Positions 50,631 to 61,451 of a DNA stretch of 64,000 nucleotides are shown one piece after another. The DNA comes from Candidatus Kapaibacterium sp. (GTDB lineage: Bacteria; Bacteroidota; Ignavibacteria; Kapaibacteriales; UBA2268). The position numbers were made by a program, and so were the translations under genes. Position 1 is the first letter of the stretch, and every line of letters starts with the position of its first letter. Where the stretch lies: assembly GCA_963665665.1 (NCBI GenBank), contig OY762428.1, positions 4,128,001-4,192,000 on the forward strand, read 5' to 3'. Below the pieces are notes generated by a model that worked only from the letters and a program-made list of their open reading frames with translations, was not told the origin of the DNA and did not search any database.

Positions 50631-52409
50631 TTAACTGTTCTTTTTGATGTAATTTACCAGCCCCCTGGCCTCGAATATTTCCATTAATTGATCCGGAAGG
50701 GGGGCAAACCTGAGCTTTTTGTCCGCAATTTTTATATATCCTTCAATAAAGTTGATCATTACTTCATCGCCGGGATTATATATCTCTACTGCTTCGGGAA
50801 GAATGATTATGGGCAGACCCTGGTTCACCGAGGAGCGATAGAATATCCTGTTTACAGATTTTACTATTACAGCCTTTACGCCAACATGAGCAAGTCCTAC
50901 TGCCGGGTGTTCGCGCGAAGAACCGCATCCGAAATTATCCCCTGCAATTATGATGTCGTCCTTACGAACCTTCGCATGGAAATTCGGATCAAATCCCTCG
51001 AAAAGATGGGGCATAATAGCTTCGCCGTCCGAACTGAGAATATTATAAGTCAGATTACCGGCAAACATTTGGTCTGTATTCAGATTATCGGCATCCTTGT
51101 AATTCCAGACATTTTCGAATTTTCTGTTTTCATCATCATTTATACTAAGTGTGTTGCTGCTTTCTTTCCTGAAGGGATAAACTTCTTTGCCAGGTGTTTC
51201 CCTGGGATCGGTAATAACTCCTGTAATTGCAGTATGTGCAACCACTGCCGGTGAAGCAAGATAAATTTCGGCTTCTTTATTTCCCATACGCCCGAGGAAA
51301 TTTCTGTTTGCAGTGGAAATAACAGAGAAACCATCTGCAGGAATTCCCTGGCCGGTGCCGAGGCATGGCCCACAGGAAGAACTTAATACATTGGCACCGG
51401 CTTTTATCAGTTTGGTAATTACTCCTTCTTCTAAAGCCTGCAGGTATATTTCTTTCGAAGCGGGTACAACGAGCAATTGAAATCCCGGAGCAACCTGCTT
51501 TCCATCAAGTATTTCTGCCGCAATTCTCATATCTTCCAGGCGGCCGTTGGTACATGTGCCAATCAAACCCTGGTCAATTTTTTTACCGGCAACTTCTGCA
51601 ATTGCCATGACGTTATCAACATGGTGAGGCGCGGCAGTAAGCGGATATATTTCAGAAAGGTTTATATTGTATTCTTCAGCATAACGGGCATCCATATCAG
51701 CCCATACTCCGTCATATTTTTCGCCGAGATGTTCTTCCAAAACTTCGTCTGCCGGGAAAACAGCATTCTTGGCACCCATTTCCGATGCCAGGTTGGCAAT
51801 CGTCATTCTGTCTGATATCGACAAAGTTTTTACGCCCTCGCCATGATATTCAATCGACATATAATTGGCACCTGATGAAGAAATCATACCGATAATCCAG
51901 AGGGAAATATCTTTGGCATAAACGCCCGGCTTTAATTTCCCTTCGAGGGTTATTTTAATTGATTCCGGAACGCGGAACCATGTTTCTCCTCTTTTCCAAA
52001 GCCCGGCGGCTTCAGTTCTGTCAATTCCGGCTGCCAATGCATTGAAAGCTCCGGCAGTACATGTATGGCTGTCGCTGCCAACAACTATCATTCCGGGCCT
52101 TGCGTGATTTGCCATAAGCTGGTGGCAAATACCGCTTCCGGCATCATAGAATTTTTTGATTCCCTGCGAATTTACAATTTTCCTGATACTATTATACTGT
52201 GTAGCCAGCTTTGCATTCGTAGGAGGTGCGTTGTGATCCAACGCCACAAATAATTGATCCGGATCCTGTACTTGTTCTCCGTTCATTTTTTTGAAAGTCT
52301 GTGCAATACTTGCTGTATTATCATGAGTAAGAACCAGGTCTGGTTTTTTAAATACTATACTTCCTGATTCCGCGTCAAGTATTTTTTCAACAAATGTTTT
52401 TCCTGCCAT
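50631..52409 (-). CDS. Fused large+small subunit 3-isopropylmalate/homoaconitate dehydratase-family enzyme
   Basis: GSDSHT, GTCTNGR, CGPCLG, STANRNF, followed by a swivel domain NTDQ...GCGSSREH. Confidence 0.9.
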   Translation of the reverse strand: MAGKTFVEKILDAESGSIVFKKPDLVLTHDNTASIAQTFKKMNGEQVQDPDQLFVALDHNAPPTNAKLATQYNSIRKIVNSQGIKKFYDAGSGICHQLMANHARPGMIVVGSDSHTCTAGAFNALAAGIDRTEAAGLWKRGETWFRVPESIKITLEGKLKPGVYAKDISLWIIGMISSSGANYMSIEYHGEGVKTLSISDRMTIANLASEMGAKNAVFPADEVLEEHLGEKYDGVWADMDARYAEEYNINLSEIYPLTAAPHHVDNVMAIAEVAGKKIDQGLIGTCTNGRLEDMRIAAEILDGKQVAPGFQLLVVPASKEIYLQALEEGVITKLIKAGANVLSSSCGPCLGTGQGIPADGFSVISTANRNFLGRMGNKEAEIYLASPAVVAHTAITGVITDPRETPGKEVYPFRKESSNTLSINDDENRKFENVWNYKDADNLNTDQMFAGNLTYNILSSDGEAIMPHLFEGFDPNFHAKVRKDDIIIAGDNFGCGSSREHPAVGLAHVGVKAVIVKSVNRIFYRSSVNQGLPIIILPEAVEIYNPGDEVMINFIEGYIKIADKKLRFAPLPDQLMEIFEARGLVNYIKKNS

Positions 52410-52499
52410 CTTGTTCCCAATTTATGTTAAATCAAAAAATCATAACACACGAAACGCAAATTGTTAAATATTATGTAAATAATAAAATGAAAATTTTAC

Positions 52500-52525
52500 T
52501 GTAACGCACAGAAAACTAAATCGTC
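52500..52525 (+). promoter_or_regulatory. Putative ECF autoregulatory promoter TGTAAC-N16-CGTC
   Basis: Typical ECF -35/-10 geometry, 12 nt before the sigma-factor ATG. Confidence 0.6.
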
Positions 52526-52537
52526 TTATCAATTGAA

Positions 52538-53047
52538 ATGGAACTAAAAGATTTTAAAATACAGATATTTCCCGCTAAGGACAAGCTATACAGGCTGGCC
52601 AACAGGCTGCTCGGGAATCCGGACGAGGCAGAAGACTCCGTTCAGGACGTTTTCCTGAAATTATGGGATATTCGTAAAACATTGTCGCCGGTTAGTAATC
52701 CCGAAGCATTTGCAATGAAAATGATGAAAAACCTGTGTATTGACAAATTGAAGGCTGCCCGAAACAGAAACCAGCCGCTCGGTGACTTTGATATGCCGTC
52801 AGCAGCACCTTCACCCGACAGAATTGCAGAAAATACGGATACAGGTGAAAAGATCGGTTTGATAGTCGATTCATTGCCCGATACTCAGAAATTACTTTTC
52901 CACCTTCGGGAAATTGAGCAAATGGAATACGACGAAATTGAAAAAATTACAGGCCTTGCCAGGGGAGCAATAAAAACAAACCTGTCAAGAACCAGAAAAA
53001 AAATAAGAGAACAACTTATTACCCGGTACAATTATGAATACAAATAA
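52538..53047 (+). CDS. ECF RNA polymerase sigma factor
   Basis: AEDSVQDVFLKLW; YDEIE...IKTNLSR. Confidence 0.92.
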   Translation: MELKDFKIQIFPAKDKLYRLANRLLGNPDEAEDSVQDVFLKLWDIRKTLSPVSNPEAFAMKMMKNLCIDKLKAARNRNQPLGDFDMPSAAPSPDRIAENTDTGEKIGLIVDSLPDTQKLLFHLREIEQMEYDEIEKITGLARGAIKTNLSRTRKKIREQLITRYNYEYK

Positions 53048-53597
53048 TCAAAATATCGAAGAACTGGTAGCAAAATATCTTGAAGGCGAAACATCCCTTG
53101 CCGAAGAGAAACTGCTCCGCGAGATGCTGAAAAGCAATGATATTCCCGAGAAATTCCGGGAAATTGCCGAAATATTTTCCTTTGCAGAACGCGAAAGAGA
53201 TATTTACCCCAAAGGAAAAGATATTGAATCAATTGCAACGGCAAAAATTAAAAGGCGCAATATGTTACGATTGGATACCAGGAACGGCCGCCTGGGTTGG
53301 AAGATCACTTCCATTGCTGCTTCTTTTATTATAGCCCTCGCTATCTTTTTCTCAATGGGGGAGCCAACATCCAACGGCGACTATTCGGCCCTCAATTTCG
53401 AAAGTAATATCAAAGACCCTGATAAGGCCTACATCGAAACCCGGAAAGCCTTTTCAAAAATATCAATTAAACTCGGCCTTGCCCAAAAAGGAATGAACAA
53501 ACTTGAGATTATGGATGATAATATTAATAAACTCAATGATGTATCCAAGTTTGATGAAATTAGAAATTTAATTTTTAGAAGAAATAATTCGGAGTAA
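53034..53597 (+). CDS. Putative anti-sigma factor
   Basis: KYLEGETSLAEE N-terminus, single TM (IAASFII), overlaps the sigma gene. Confidence 0.75.
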   Translation: MNTNNQNIEELVAKYLEGETSLAEEKLLREMLKSNDIPEKFREIAEIFSFAERERDIYPKGKDIESIATAKIKRRNMLRLDTRNGRLGWKITSIAASFIIALAIFFSMGEPTSNGDYSALNFESNIKDPDKAYIETRKAFSKISIKLGLAQKGMNKLEIMDDNINKLNDVSKFDEIRNLIFRRNNSE

Positions 53598-53601
53598 CAA
53601 A

Positions 53602-54162
53602 ATGAAGAAAATGATTATCCTGTTCGCGGTAATGCTTCTTGCAGCAACAGCAAGCAATGCTCAGCACCCGATTGCAAAATTTATGGATAAATACGATGGT
53701 GCTAAAGACTTTACAGTTGTAAAAATGAACGAAGAAATGTTTGCCATGCTTGGCGATGCCATGGGAGACCCCAATGAAGAACTTGACGACATGGTTAAGG
53801 ATATCAGGGGCATTATGATAATGAACTATGAATACAAAAGCGGTGAAAACCTGAGTGAAAAACTTTATAAGGAAGTCCAGAATACCGTGCCGCTTGATGA
53901 ATATTCAACATTTATGACGGTAAACCAGGAAGATGAGAACGTACGCTTCCTTACTAAGAAAAAAGGAGCCAAAGTTGGGGAGTTTTTGATGATAGTACGC
54001 GAAAAGACCGAATTTACCCTGATATGGATTGTAGGAGAAATTGATATGAAAAAAATTGGCCAGATCGGTAAGCAGTTCAATATGATGGACATGATGAAGG
54101 GTAAAGAAAAAATGAAAGATAAAAAAGAAAAAGTTAAAAAAGGTAATGAAGAAGAAAACTAA
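53602..54162 (+). CDS. DUF4252-family exported protein
   Basis: Signal peptide; FMDKY...EEMF...IVGEID; typical ECF-operon context. Confidence 0.75.
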   Translation: MKKMIILFAVMLLAATASNAQHPIAKFMDKYDGAKDFTVVKMNEEMFAMLGDAMGDPNEELDDMVKDIRGIMIMNYEYKSGENLSEKLYKEVQNTVPLDEYSTFMTVNQEDENVRFLTKKKGAKVGEFLMIVREKTEFTLIWIVGEIDMKKIGQIGKQFNMMDMMKGKEKMKDKKEKVKKGNEEEN

Positions 54163-54188
54163 ACTGAATAAAAATTGAACATTCCTGA

Positions 54189-54222
54189 AAGTCCCTGTCC
54201 GGATGAGACGGCAGGGATTTTT
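54189..54222 (+). terminator. Intrinsic terminator
   Basis: AGTCCCTGTCCG...CGGCAGGGATTTTT. Confidence 0.7.
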
Positions 54223-54491
54223 GTTTGGAGAATAAGAAATTTTATGAAACCAATAATTGATATTCGAAATAATATTAAAATCTTAAGCCCAATTATATAT
54301 AAGTGATATTCAGAATCCAACCCGTCAGCTCTCAATAAGGGGAATTATCCAATTCCAAAATCTATCGAAAGTGTTACCCGATCTAAAAACTATTTTGGTT
54401 TTAATAGTTAGTAATCTAAAGATATTAAACCAATATTTTGTATTTTTGTATTATAAGGTAGATATTATTAAAAAAACTTTTAGGATATAAA

Positions 54492-54944
54492 TTGGCAGAT
54501 AACGAAACGACTTACGTAGCTGATAAACTTGCTTTTTTCTGTGCGGATATCGCCGATGAAAAAATTTCCCGTGATATTTATATCATGAACCTTACTGATA
54601 TCGAAATTTCACCAGCAGATTACTTTGTTGTGTGTACCTGTGATACTGATGTTCAGTCCAGGGCGCTTGCCGATGCGATTGATAGGAAATCTAAAACAGA
54701 GGGCTATGGCAGGCCAAAAATTGAAGGTACTGACAGTGCACGTTGGATATTGCTCGATTTCTTTGACGTGGTTGTTCATATCATGCTGCCGGAAACCAGG
54801 AATTTTTATAAGCTCGAAAAATTATGGGGTGACGCTCACTTCCACAAAATTGATGAAGAGGGCAAACCTGTGGAAATAAAATTCAACCCGAAAGAATTAT
54901 ATACAGAATATACAGGCCAGGAAAATGAAGTACAGGAATATTAG
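54492..54944 (+). CDS. rsfS: Ribosome silencing factor RsfS
   Basis: DYFVVC...WILLDFFDVVVHIM..ETRNFYKLEKLW; TTG start. Confidence 0.92.
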   Translation: MADNETTYVADKLAFFCADIADEKISRDIYIMNLTDIEISPADYFVVCTCDTDVQSRALADAIDRKSKTEGYGRPKIEGTDSARWILLDFFDVVVHIMLPETRNFYKLEKLWGDAHFHKIDEEGKPVEIKFNPKELYTEYTGQENEVQEY

Positions 54945-56568
54945 TAACTATTTTGCCGATGCCCTAAAAAAAATGGGCCTTGAGGAAATTCCGGAAATTG
55001 CTTTTGAAACACCCAAAAATGCAGACCACGGTGATCTTTCTACCAATATTGCCATGCAGCTTCCAAAAATGTTGAAGAAACCACCAAGGGCTATTGCCGA
55101 GGAAATATTACAAAATATTGAAGCGGATGATGAAGTAATTGAAAAAATTGATATTGCAGGGCCGGGCTTTATTAATATTAAATTCACCCCGAAATATTAT
55201 TCCGCTGAATTGGAAGCTATCCTGAATAAGGCTGCTGATTATGGCAGGCAGGATGTCGGTAAAGGCAAAAAGACTATTGTTGAGTATGTTAGTGTTAATC
55301 CAACAGGACTCTTACACCTTGGTCACGGAAGAAATGCAGCTATAGGAGATACTGTATCAAACCTTTATGACTGGATGGGTTATGACGTAACAAGGGAATA
55401 TTATTTCAACAATGCCGGCAACCAGATGAACAATCTGGCCAAATCAATTTATGCCAGGTATATGCAAATAATCGACAGCCCTGAATTCCCATTTCCCGAG
55501 GACGGATACCACGGAGACTATATCAAAACAATCGCACAGGATATTGTTGATATAGAAAGTGATAAATATATAGCCGGAAGCGACGATGATATTGCTGCAC
55601 TGAGAAAAGCCGGGGAACTTTGGGCTTTTGATAAAATAAAAGCTACCCTTGGCAGGATGAATATCAATCAGGATAATTATTTCAACGAGGATTCACTCTA
55701 CTCGGACGGAAAAATTGAAAATATTATCAACGAGTTTAAAAACAAGGGCCTTGCTTATGAAAAAGACGATGCCCTGTGGCTTAAACTTAGCGAAATGGGA
55801 CTTCAGGACGACAGGGTGATTGTAAAATCAACAGGCGAACCAACATACCGCCTTCCGGATATGGCATACCACAGGGAGAAATTCGAACGCGGTTTTGACG
55901 TAATAGTCGATCTTTTCGGCTCGGATCATATTGCTACAATTCCTGATGTATTAACCGGTGTGAAATCACTGGGATATGATACTGATAAAGTTAAAGTGCT
56001 TATTCACCAGTTTGTAACTTTGATGGAAAACGGCGAGCAGGTGAAAATGAGTAAACGTACCGGTAAGAATTACACTCTTGACGATCTGCTGGATGAAGTA
56101 GGGGAGGATGTTGTTCGATTCTTCCTTATAATGCGCGGTATTAATACTCATCTGGAATTCGACCTTGACCTGGCAAAAGAACAAAGCGATAAAAACCCGG
56201 TATTTTATCTGCAATATGCACATGCTCGACTTTGTTCGATTTTTGACAACGCAATCGATAAAGATATAAATATTGATGATAAAGCTGATCTGACACTGTT
56301 AGTTGACAAATCGGAAATCAGCCTGATAAAAACGTTAATGAAGTTTCCTGACTATATTCGTCTGTCCTGCGACAAAGGCGAGCCAATGATACTTGCGGAA
56401 TATCTAAGGGATCTTGCCGCAGCTTTCCATGTATTTTATCATAACTGCCGGATTATCGGTTCTGAAGAAAAATTGATGCAGGCAAGGTTCAAATTGGCCG
56501 CAGCTACAAAGATAACATTGAAAAACGGACTTGATATTTTAGGTGTTTCTTCACCCGAGAGAATGTAA
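54925..56568 (+). CDS. argS: Arginine--tRNA ligase
   Basis: HGDLSTN, EYVSVNPTGLLHLGH, KMSKR, YLQYAHAR, SPERM. Confidence 0.97.
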   Translation: MKYRNISNYFADALKKMGLEEIPEIAFETPKNADHGDLSTNIAMQLPKMLKKPPRAIAEEILQNIEADDEVIEKIDIAGPGFINIKFTPKYYSAELEAILNKAADYGRQDVGKGKKTIVEYVSVNPTGLLHLGHGRNAAIGDTVSNLYDWMGYDVTREYYFNNAGNQMNNLAKSIYARYMQIIDSPEFPFPEDGYHGDYIKTIAQDIVDIESDKYIAGSDDDIAALRKAGELWAFDKIKATLGRMNINQDNYFNEDSLYSDGKIENIINEFKNKGLAYEKDDALWLKLSEMGLQDDRVIVKSTGEPTYRLPDMAYHREKFERGFDVIVDLFGSDHIATIPDVLTGVKSLGYDTDKVKVLIHQFVTLMENGEQVKMSKRTGKNYTLDDLLDEVGEDVVRFFLIMRGINTHLEFDLDLAKEQSDKNPVFYLQYAHARLCSIFDNAIDKDINIDDKADLTLLVDKSEISLIKTLMKFPDYIRLSCDKGEPMILAEYLRDLAAAFHVFYHNCRIIGSEEKLMQARFKLAAATKITLKNGLDILGVSSPERM

Positions 56569-56907
56569 TTGTAGGGAAGATGTTAGCGATACTTCTTTTT
56601 TCTGATTCCTGAATAAAAGCAGACCTTTCCCATGATGAAATGATATTTATGAAAACTGCTCGTTGGGATATTCGTATCCCGACGAGTTGTGTTGAAAGGG
56701 TTTTTCAGAATTTTTCTTTCGGATGAGATAACCGAAACCTCATTCTGAAGGAGCTTGCGATAGAGTATAATGACAGTAGTCCTGATCCGTTAATAAAAAA
56801 ATCAAATGGTTATGAGGATAAGCCCGTAAATAAATATGTCGGTTATAATCATAATTATACCACAGAATTATATCTAAACTTTTAAATATTATCTGGTTTG
56901 GGAGGGG

Positions 56908-57705
56908 GCAGAAGGAATTGCCGCCTTGTCTATAGGCATTGATGCCTTGGCCGGAGTTATTGCTGCCTTGGTCCAAATCAAAGCAAGAAAACCACCCCTG
57001 TATTCCCCTCCTACTTTAGGAGGGGATAAGAAGTTAAATATCATAGAATTAACTCCCCCTCCTTCCGAAGGATGCGACCGGGGTGAGGTAGGAGGGGGCG
57101 GAAGCAAAGCACCAATGTTTGATGATATTTCCGCCTTGTTTCGAAGCAAAGAAAGAAAACCACCCCTGTATTCCCCTCCTACATTAGGAGGGGATAAGAA
57201 ATTAAATATCATAAGATTAACTCCCCCTCCTTCCGAAGGATGCGACCGGGGTGAGGTAGGAGGGGTCAGAAGCAAAGAACCAAAGTTTTAACCTATTGCT
57301 GCTTTATTCTTCTTCAAAGCCCTCACCTTCGGGGAGGGTTTGGGAGGGGTCAGGAATATTGCTGCCTTGGTTGAAGTTATTGACGCCTTGGTCGGAGTCA
57401 TTGCCGCCTTGTTTGAAGATAATGAACTCTTGGTCGACACTATTGCAGCAATGTTTTGCTTTATTGATGCCTTGGTCGAAGTTATTGACGCCTTGGTCGG
57501 AGTTATTGATGCCTTGGTCGGAGTTATTGACGCCTTGGTTGAAGTCATTGATGCCTTGGTTGAAGTCATTGACGCCTTGGTTGAAGTCATTGCCGCCTTG
57601 TTTGAAGATAATGATGCCTTGGTCGGAGTCATTGACGCCTTGGTCGGAGTCATTGATGCCTTGGTTGAAGGCATTGAACTCTTGGTCGGAGGCAAAGAAC
57701 ATGTT
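56908..57705. repeat. 21-nt array A, 38 slots including embedded palindromes
   Basis: Unit starts at 56908+21n, checked by hand. Confidence 0.9.
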
Positions 57706-57936
57706 CAGTAAGATCAACCAAGCGTTCAGTAAGATCAACCAAGCGTTCAGTAAGATCAACCAAGCGTTCAGTAAGGTCAAACAAGTGTTCAGTAAGATCA
57801 ACCAAGCGTTCAGTAAAGCCAACCAAGTGTTCAGTAAAGCCAACCAAGTGTTCAGTAAAGCCAACCAAGTGTTCAGTAAAGCCAACCAAGTGTTCAGTAA
57901 GGTCAACCAAGTGTTCAGTAAAGCCAACCAAGTGTT
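57706..57936. repeat. 21-nt array B, 11 units
   Basis: CAGTAA(GAT/AGC/GGT)CAACCAAG(T/C)GTT tandem repeat. Confidence 0.97.
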
Positions 57937-58550
57937 CAATGAGGCCAAATTTCACTACATTAAGGCCAAACAATGATTCAATAACTCCGGCCAAGGCGGT
58001 ATAAAGCCCTGCCAACAAAACATTTAGCCCAAACATTTGGATTCTGGTTCAAAACAGCGTTGAATTAAGGAAATTATCCGGTTCATTGAAACCACAGGAT
58101 AGGGAATTAAGGCCGGCGGCCGCTTCATTGGGGTGGAAGAACGGGTAAACTGAGCAAAAGAATGAGGTGTTATGTTGTCATTCCCCGACACGTCGGGGCA
58201 GGCTTCCGGAGCTTGCGACCGAAGAATCCATCTTTCTTGCGGATAATTTATGAAGAATGGATCCTTCGCTTCGCTCAGGATGACATGGAGTTTTACCATC
58301 GTCAAGTTCAATAGCCACGTGCTTTAGCTCGTGGATAAAGATGCAAGGTGCGGAGGCAAAGAAAAAGAATCCACCCCAGCCTGTCCCGACGTGTCGGGAA
58401 CTCGCTGCGCTCGCCACCCCTCCACGAGGGGAATTTTTCCGGAAATCCACCCCCGCCCTTTCCCGACTCGTCGGCGCCAGCGTGGGACAGGTGGCTTCTT
58501 CCAATTGTTAATTCTTAATTGTCAATTATCAATTAAGAAAACATTCTTTC

Positions 58551-61451
58551 CTACTTTATTGTAATTTCATCTGCAAAAATCCAGGCAAAACCATCGGGGC
58601 CGTGTCCGATGTGCCATTCAGGCAGAGCTCCCCGGCATTTAGCAATAACTTTAACATACCTGGCATTACGCGGGCTGAAGTTTTTAGTAATTTCTTTTGT
58701 TTCAGCAGAATTTCTTTCAATTAGTTCAATCTTTTCCGAAGCAAGCTTTTTAAATTCTTTGCCATCTGCTGATATGAAGTATTCCACTTCTGTCGGATAC
58801 ATTATCCAGCTTCTCTGGTCGCTAAGGAATCCTGTGCTGATTGTTGTTATTTCCCTGACACTTCCAAGATCGACAGTAGCATCCAGGTCTTTGTTTTCAT
58901 ATCCCTGCCAAACATTTGTTTTAAAATCATTGCTACCCTTTATACCGTCAATCAATGCATTGTCGCCTCCGGCATTGTATTGATTGGCATATTGGGTTTC
59001 CAGTTTAATTGACAGGTTCGGATCAATCTTCCTGAATGTTGTTTCCAGAACCGGGCTTTTTTCGTTGCCCTTTTGAGAATAAACTTTCAGATCGGCGTCA
59101 TCTGATATATAAAAAGGAACGGAATAATCTTTATATTCGGAATTATTAAGCGAGTAATATGTTTTTACATTATCATCAATATTTCCAAGGCTTACCAGCG
59201 TACTGTCGCGAAAAGAAAGCTCGCCGGTTTTAACAAATGAAGGAGGGACGATTTGGTAGTCGTCGATTGAAGTCGAGGGAATATTATCATCATGGCTTCC
59301 CCAATAGGTAGGTTTATTTGTCATTGAAAATTCAAGTTTACCGCCTTTCATAATATCGCCGTGTTTTATGAAGGAATAAGGATAATCCTTTCCATTCAAT
59401 TTAACAGATTCAATATATAGATTATTTTCAGAAAGGTTTTTGGCATTAATCCTGAAGGTTTTGCCGCTTTCAAGATTGATAACCGCGCTGCTAACCTGCG
59501 GCGCCCCGATAACATACTCATCCGAACCCGGGGTAACGGGATAAAATCCAATGGCCGAAAAAATATACCAGGCGCTCATCTGGCCGCAATCTTCATTGCC
59601 GGAAATGCCGTCGGGAGAGTTGTTGTAAAGTTCCGTGCAAATTTGCCTTACCAGCTTTTGGGTTTTGTGCGGTTTGTTGATAAAATTGTAGAGATAAGCA
59701 ATATGATGGCTTGGTTCGTTCCCGTGAGCATACTGTCCGATTAAACCGGAAATATCCGATTGGTGCCTTCCGGAGGTCTCTTCATTAGCAGAGAAAAGAG
59801 CATCAAGCTGCTTTTCCATAACATCTTTGCCGCCAATCAACCCGATGAACCCCGAAATATCCTGCGGTACATAAAAACTATACTGCCAGGAATTGGCCTC
59901 GGTATAGTTGAAGTTCACTTCATAAGGATCGAATGGGCTGAACCATGTATTGCGATATCGCGCGCGCATGAATTTTGTATCGGGATCAAGAATATTTTTA
60001 TAGTTCTGTGCACGTTTTACAAATCTTTGGTAATCAGTTTTATTATTTAATTCTTTAGCTATTTGCGCAATAGTCCAGTCGTCATAGGCATATTCAAGGG
60101 TTTTGGAAACCGATTCGGATTCCTCCTCCATCGGTATATAACCGAATTCTTTATATCCCTTCAACCCAAGATGATCCTGCATTGCACTGTGCTTCATTGC
60201 TTTGAAAGCTTCATTGGCATCATAATCGCGGATTCCTTTGATATAGGCATCTGAAATCACGGAAACGCCGTGATAGCCAATCATACATCCCGTGTAGCAA
60301 GCCGAAAGATCCCAGATGGGCATGATTCCGCCTTCGTTATATTTGGCAATCAAAGTTTTAATAAAATCATTCGTTCTTTCCTGTTCAATAATAGTAAACA
60401 GCGGGTGGCTGGCCCTGTAAGTATCCCAAAGTGAGAAAACAGTATAATAATTGAAATCAGAATTTTTATAAATTTTCAGATCAATTCCGCGATAAGAACC
60501 GTCAACATCCTGGTAAAGATTGGGTGCCAGTACGCTATGATATAAAGCTGTGTAGAATACTTCCTTTTCCTCGCGGATTTTAGTTTCTATCTCAATTTTT
60601 CTAAGCTGGCTGTTCCATATTTTCCGGGCATTTTCACGGACATCGGCAAAAGTTTTACCATGGATTTCAGCCTGGTAATTTGCTTTAGCTCCGGCAGCGC
60701 TTACCGGAGATATTGCGATATAAACATTAAGTTCTGCGCTTTCTTTATCGAATGTAAAAGCAGCCTTAGTATTTTTTTCAGCGCCTTCAGGTTTATAATA
60801 TTCAGTATTGATAATCGGCTTCGAGAATTTAATATAAAAGAAAAGTCTCTGATCATTTGCCCAGGCTCTTGAGCGTCGGAGTCCGGTAATTTCAGTATCG
60901 GAGATTTTATTTATTTCACAGTCAAGTAATCTGTCCCTGTGTTCCAGGTCAAGGATAACTACCTGCCCGGCGTTTTCCGGGTAAGTATATCTGTGAATTC
61001 CGCATCTCGGCGTAGTTGTCAGTTCAACTTTTATTTTGCTGTCTTCAAGCATAACAGAGTAATAACCCGGTGATGCAGTTTCATTTTTATGGCTGAATTT
61101 TGAGCAATAACCGATATTACCATCAGCCCCGTTATTGAAAACCACTTTATTTGTGGGCATAAGCAGGATATCACCATAATCCGAGCAGCCAGTACCGCTC
61201 AGGTGGGTATGGGTAAAACCATAAACAACGCTGTCCGAATAATGATAGCCGGAGCAGCCGTCCCAGCCTTCAAGCCGGGTATCGGGGCTAAGCTGCATCA
61301 TGCCGAATGGCAGAGTCGGCCCGGGGAAAGTATGCCCGTGTCCTCCCGTTCCAATAAACGGATTAACATACTCAGTCAGGTCATCCCGGCCAGAAAGAAC
61401 TTTTGACGAAAAAAGTAAACTGATCATTAAAAGTAGAAATATCTTTTTCAT
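58551..61451 (-). CDS. GH92 alpha-mannosidase with C-terminal FN3-associated and F5/8-type domains
   Basis: YVNPFIGTGGHGHTFPG, FSLWDTYR, GQYAHGNEPSHH, GNEDCGQMSAWY. Confidence 0.95.
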   Translation of the reverse strand: MKKIFLLLMISLLFSSKVLSGRDDLTEYVNPFIGTGGHGHTFPGPTLPFGMMQLSPDTRLEGWDGCSGYHYSDSVVYGFTHTHLSGTGCSDYGDILLMPTNKVVFNNGADGNIGYCSKFSHKNETASPGYYSVMLEDSKIKVELTTTPRCGIHRYTYPENAGQVVILDLEHRDRLLDCEINKISDTEITGLRRSRAWANDQRLFFYIKFSKPIINTEYYKPEGAEKNTKAAFTFDKESAELNVYIAISPVSAAGAKANYQAEIHGKTFADVRENARKIWNSQLRKIEIETKIREEKEVFYTALYHSVLAPNLYQDVDGSYRGIDLKIYKNSDFNYYTVFSLWDTYRASHPLFTIIEQERTNDFIKTLIAKYNEGGIMPIWDLSACYTGCMIGYHGVSVISDAYIKGIRDYDANEAFKAMKHSAMQDHLGLKGYKEFGYIPMEEESESVSKTLEYAYDDWTIAQIAKELNNKTDYQRFVKRAQNYKNILDPDTKFMRARYRNTWFSPFDPYEVNFNYTEANSWQYSFYVPQDISGFIGLIGGKDVMEKQLDALFSANEETSGRHQSDISGLIGQYAHGNEPSHHIAYLYNFINKPHKTQKLVRQICTELYNNSPDGISGNEDCGQMSAWYIFSAIGFYPVTPGSDEYVIGAPQVSSAVINLESGKTFRINAKNLSENNLYIESVKLNGKDYPYSFIKHGDIMKGGKLEFSMTNKPTYWGSHDDNIPSTSIDDYQIVPPSFVKTGELSFRDSTLVSLGNIDDNVKTYYSLNNSEYKDYSVPFYISDDADLKVYSQKGNEKSPVLETTFRKIDPNLSIKLETQYANQYNAGGDNALIDGIKGSNDFKTNVWQGYENKDLDATVDLGSVREITTISTGFLSDQRSWIMYPTEVEYFISADGKEFKKLASEKIELIERNSAETKEITKNFSPRNARYVKVIAKCRGALPEWHIGHGPDGFAWIFADEITIK

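Larger units (their letters stand above)
56895..58495. repeat. Composite repeat element, copy 2
   Basis: Same module order as 22193-24808 with fewer units. Confidence 0.9.

Noticed and set aside
50688-51254. 188-aa antisense ORF and similar antisense ORFs over ettA, pyrG and GH92
   Set aside because: Antisense shadows of well-supported genes with no recognisable motifs.
54163-54491. Possible ncRNA or riboswitch upstream of rsfS-argS
   Set aside because: Only a terminator and AT-rich sequence; no recognisable T-box, tRNA or riboswitch motif.
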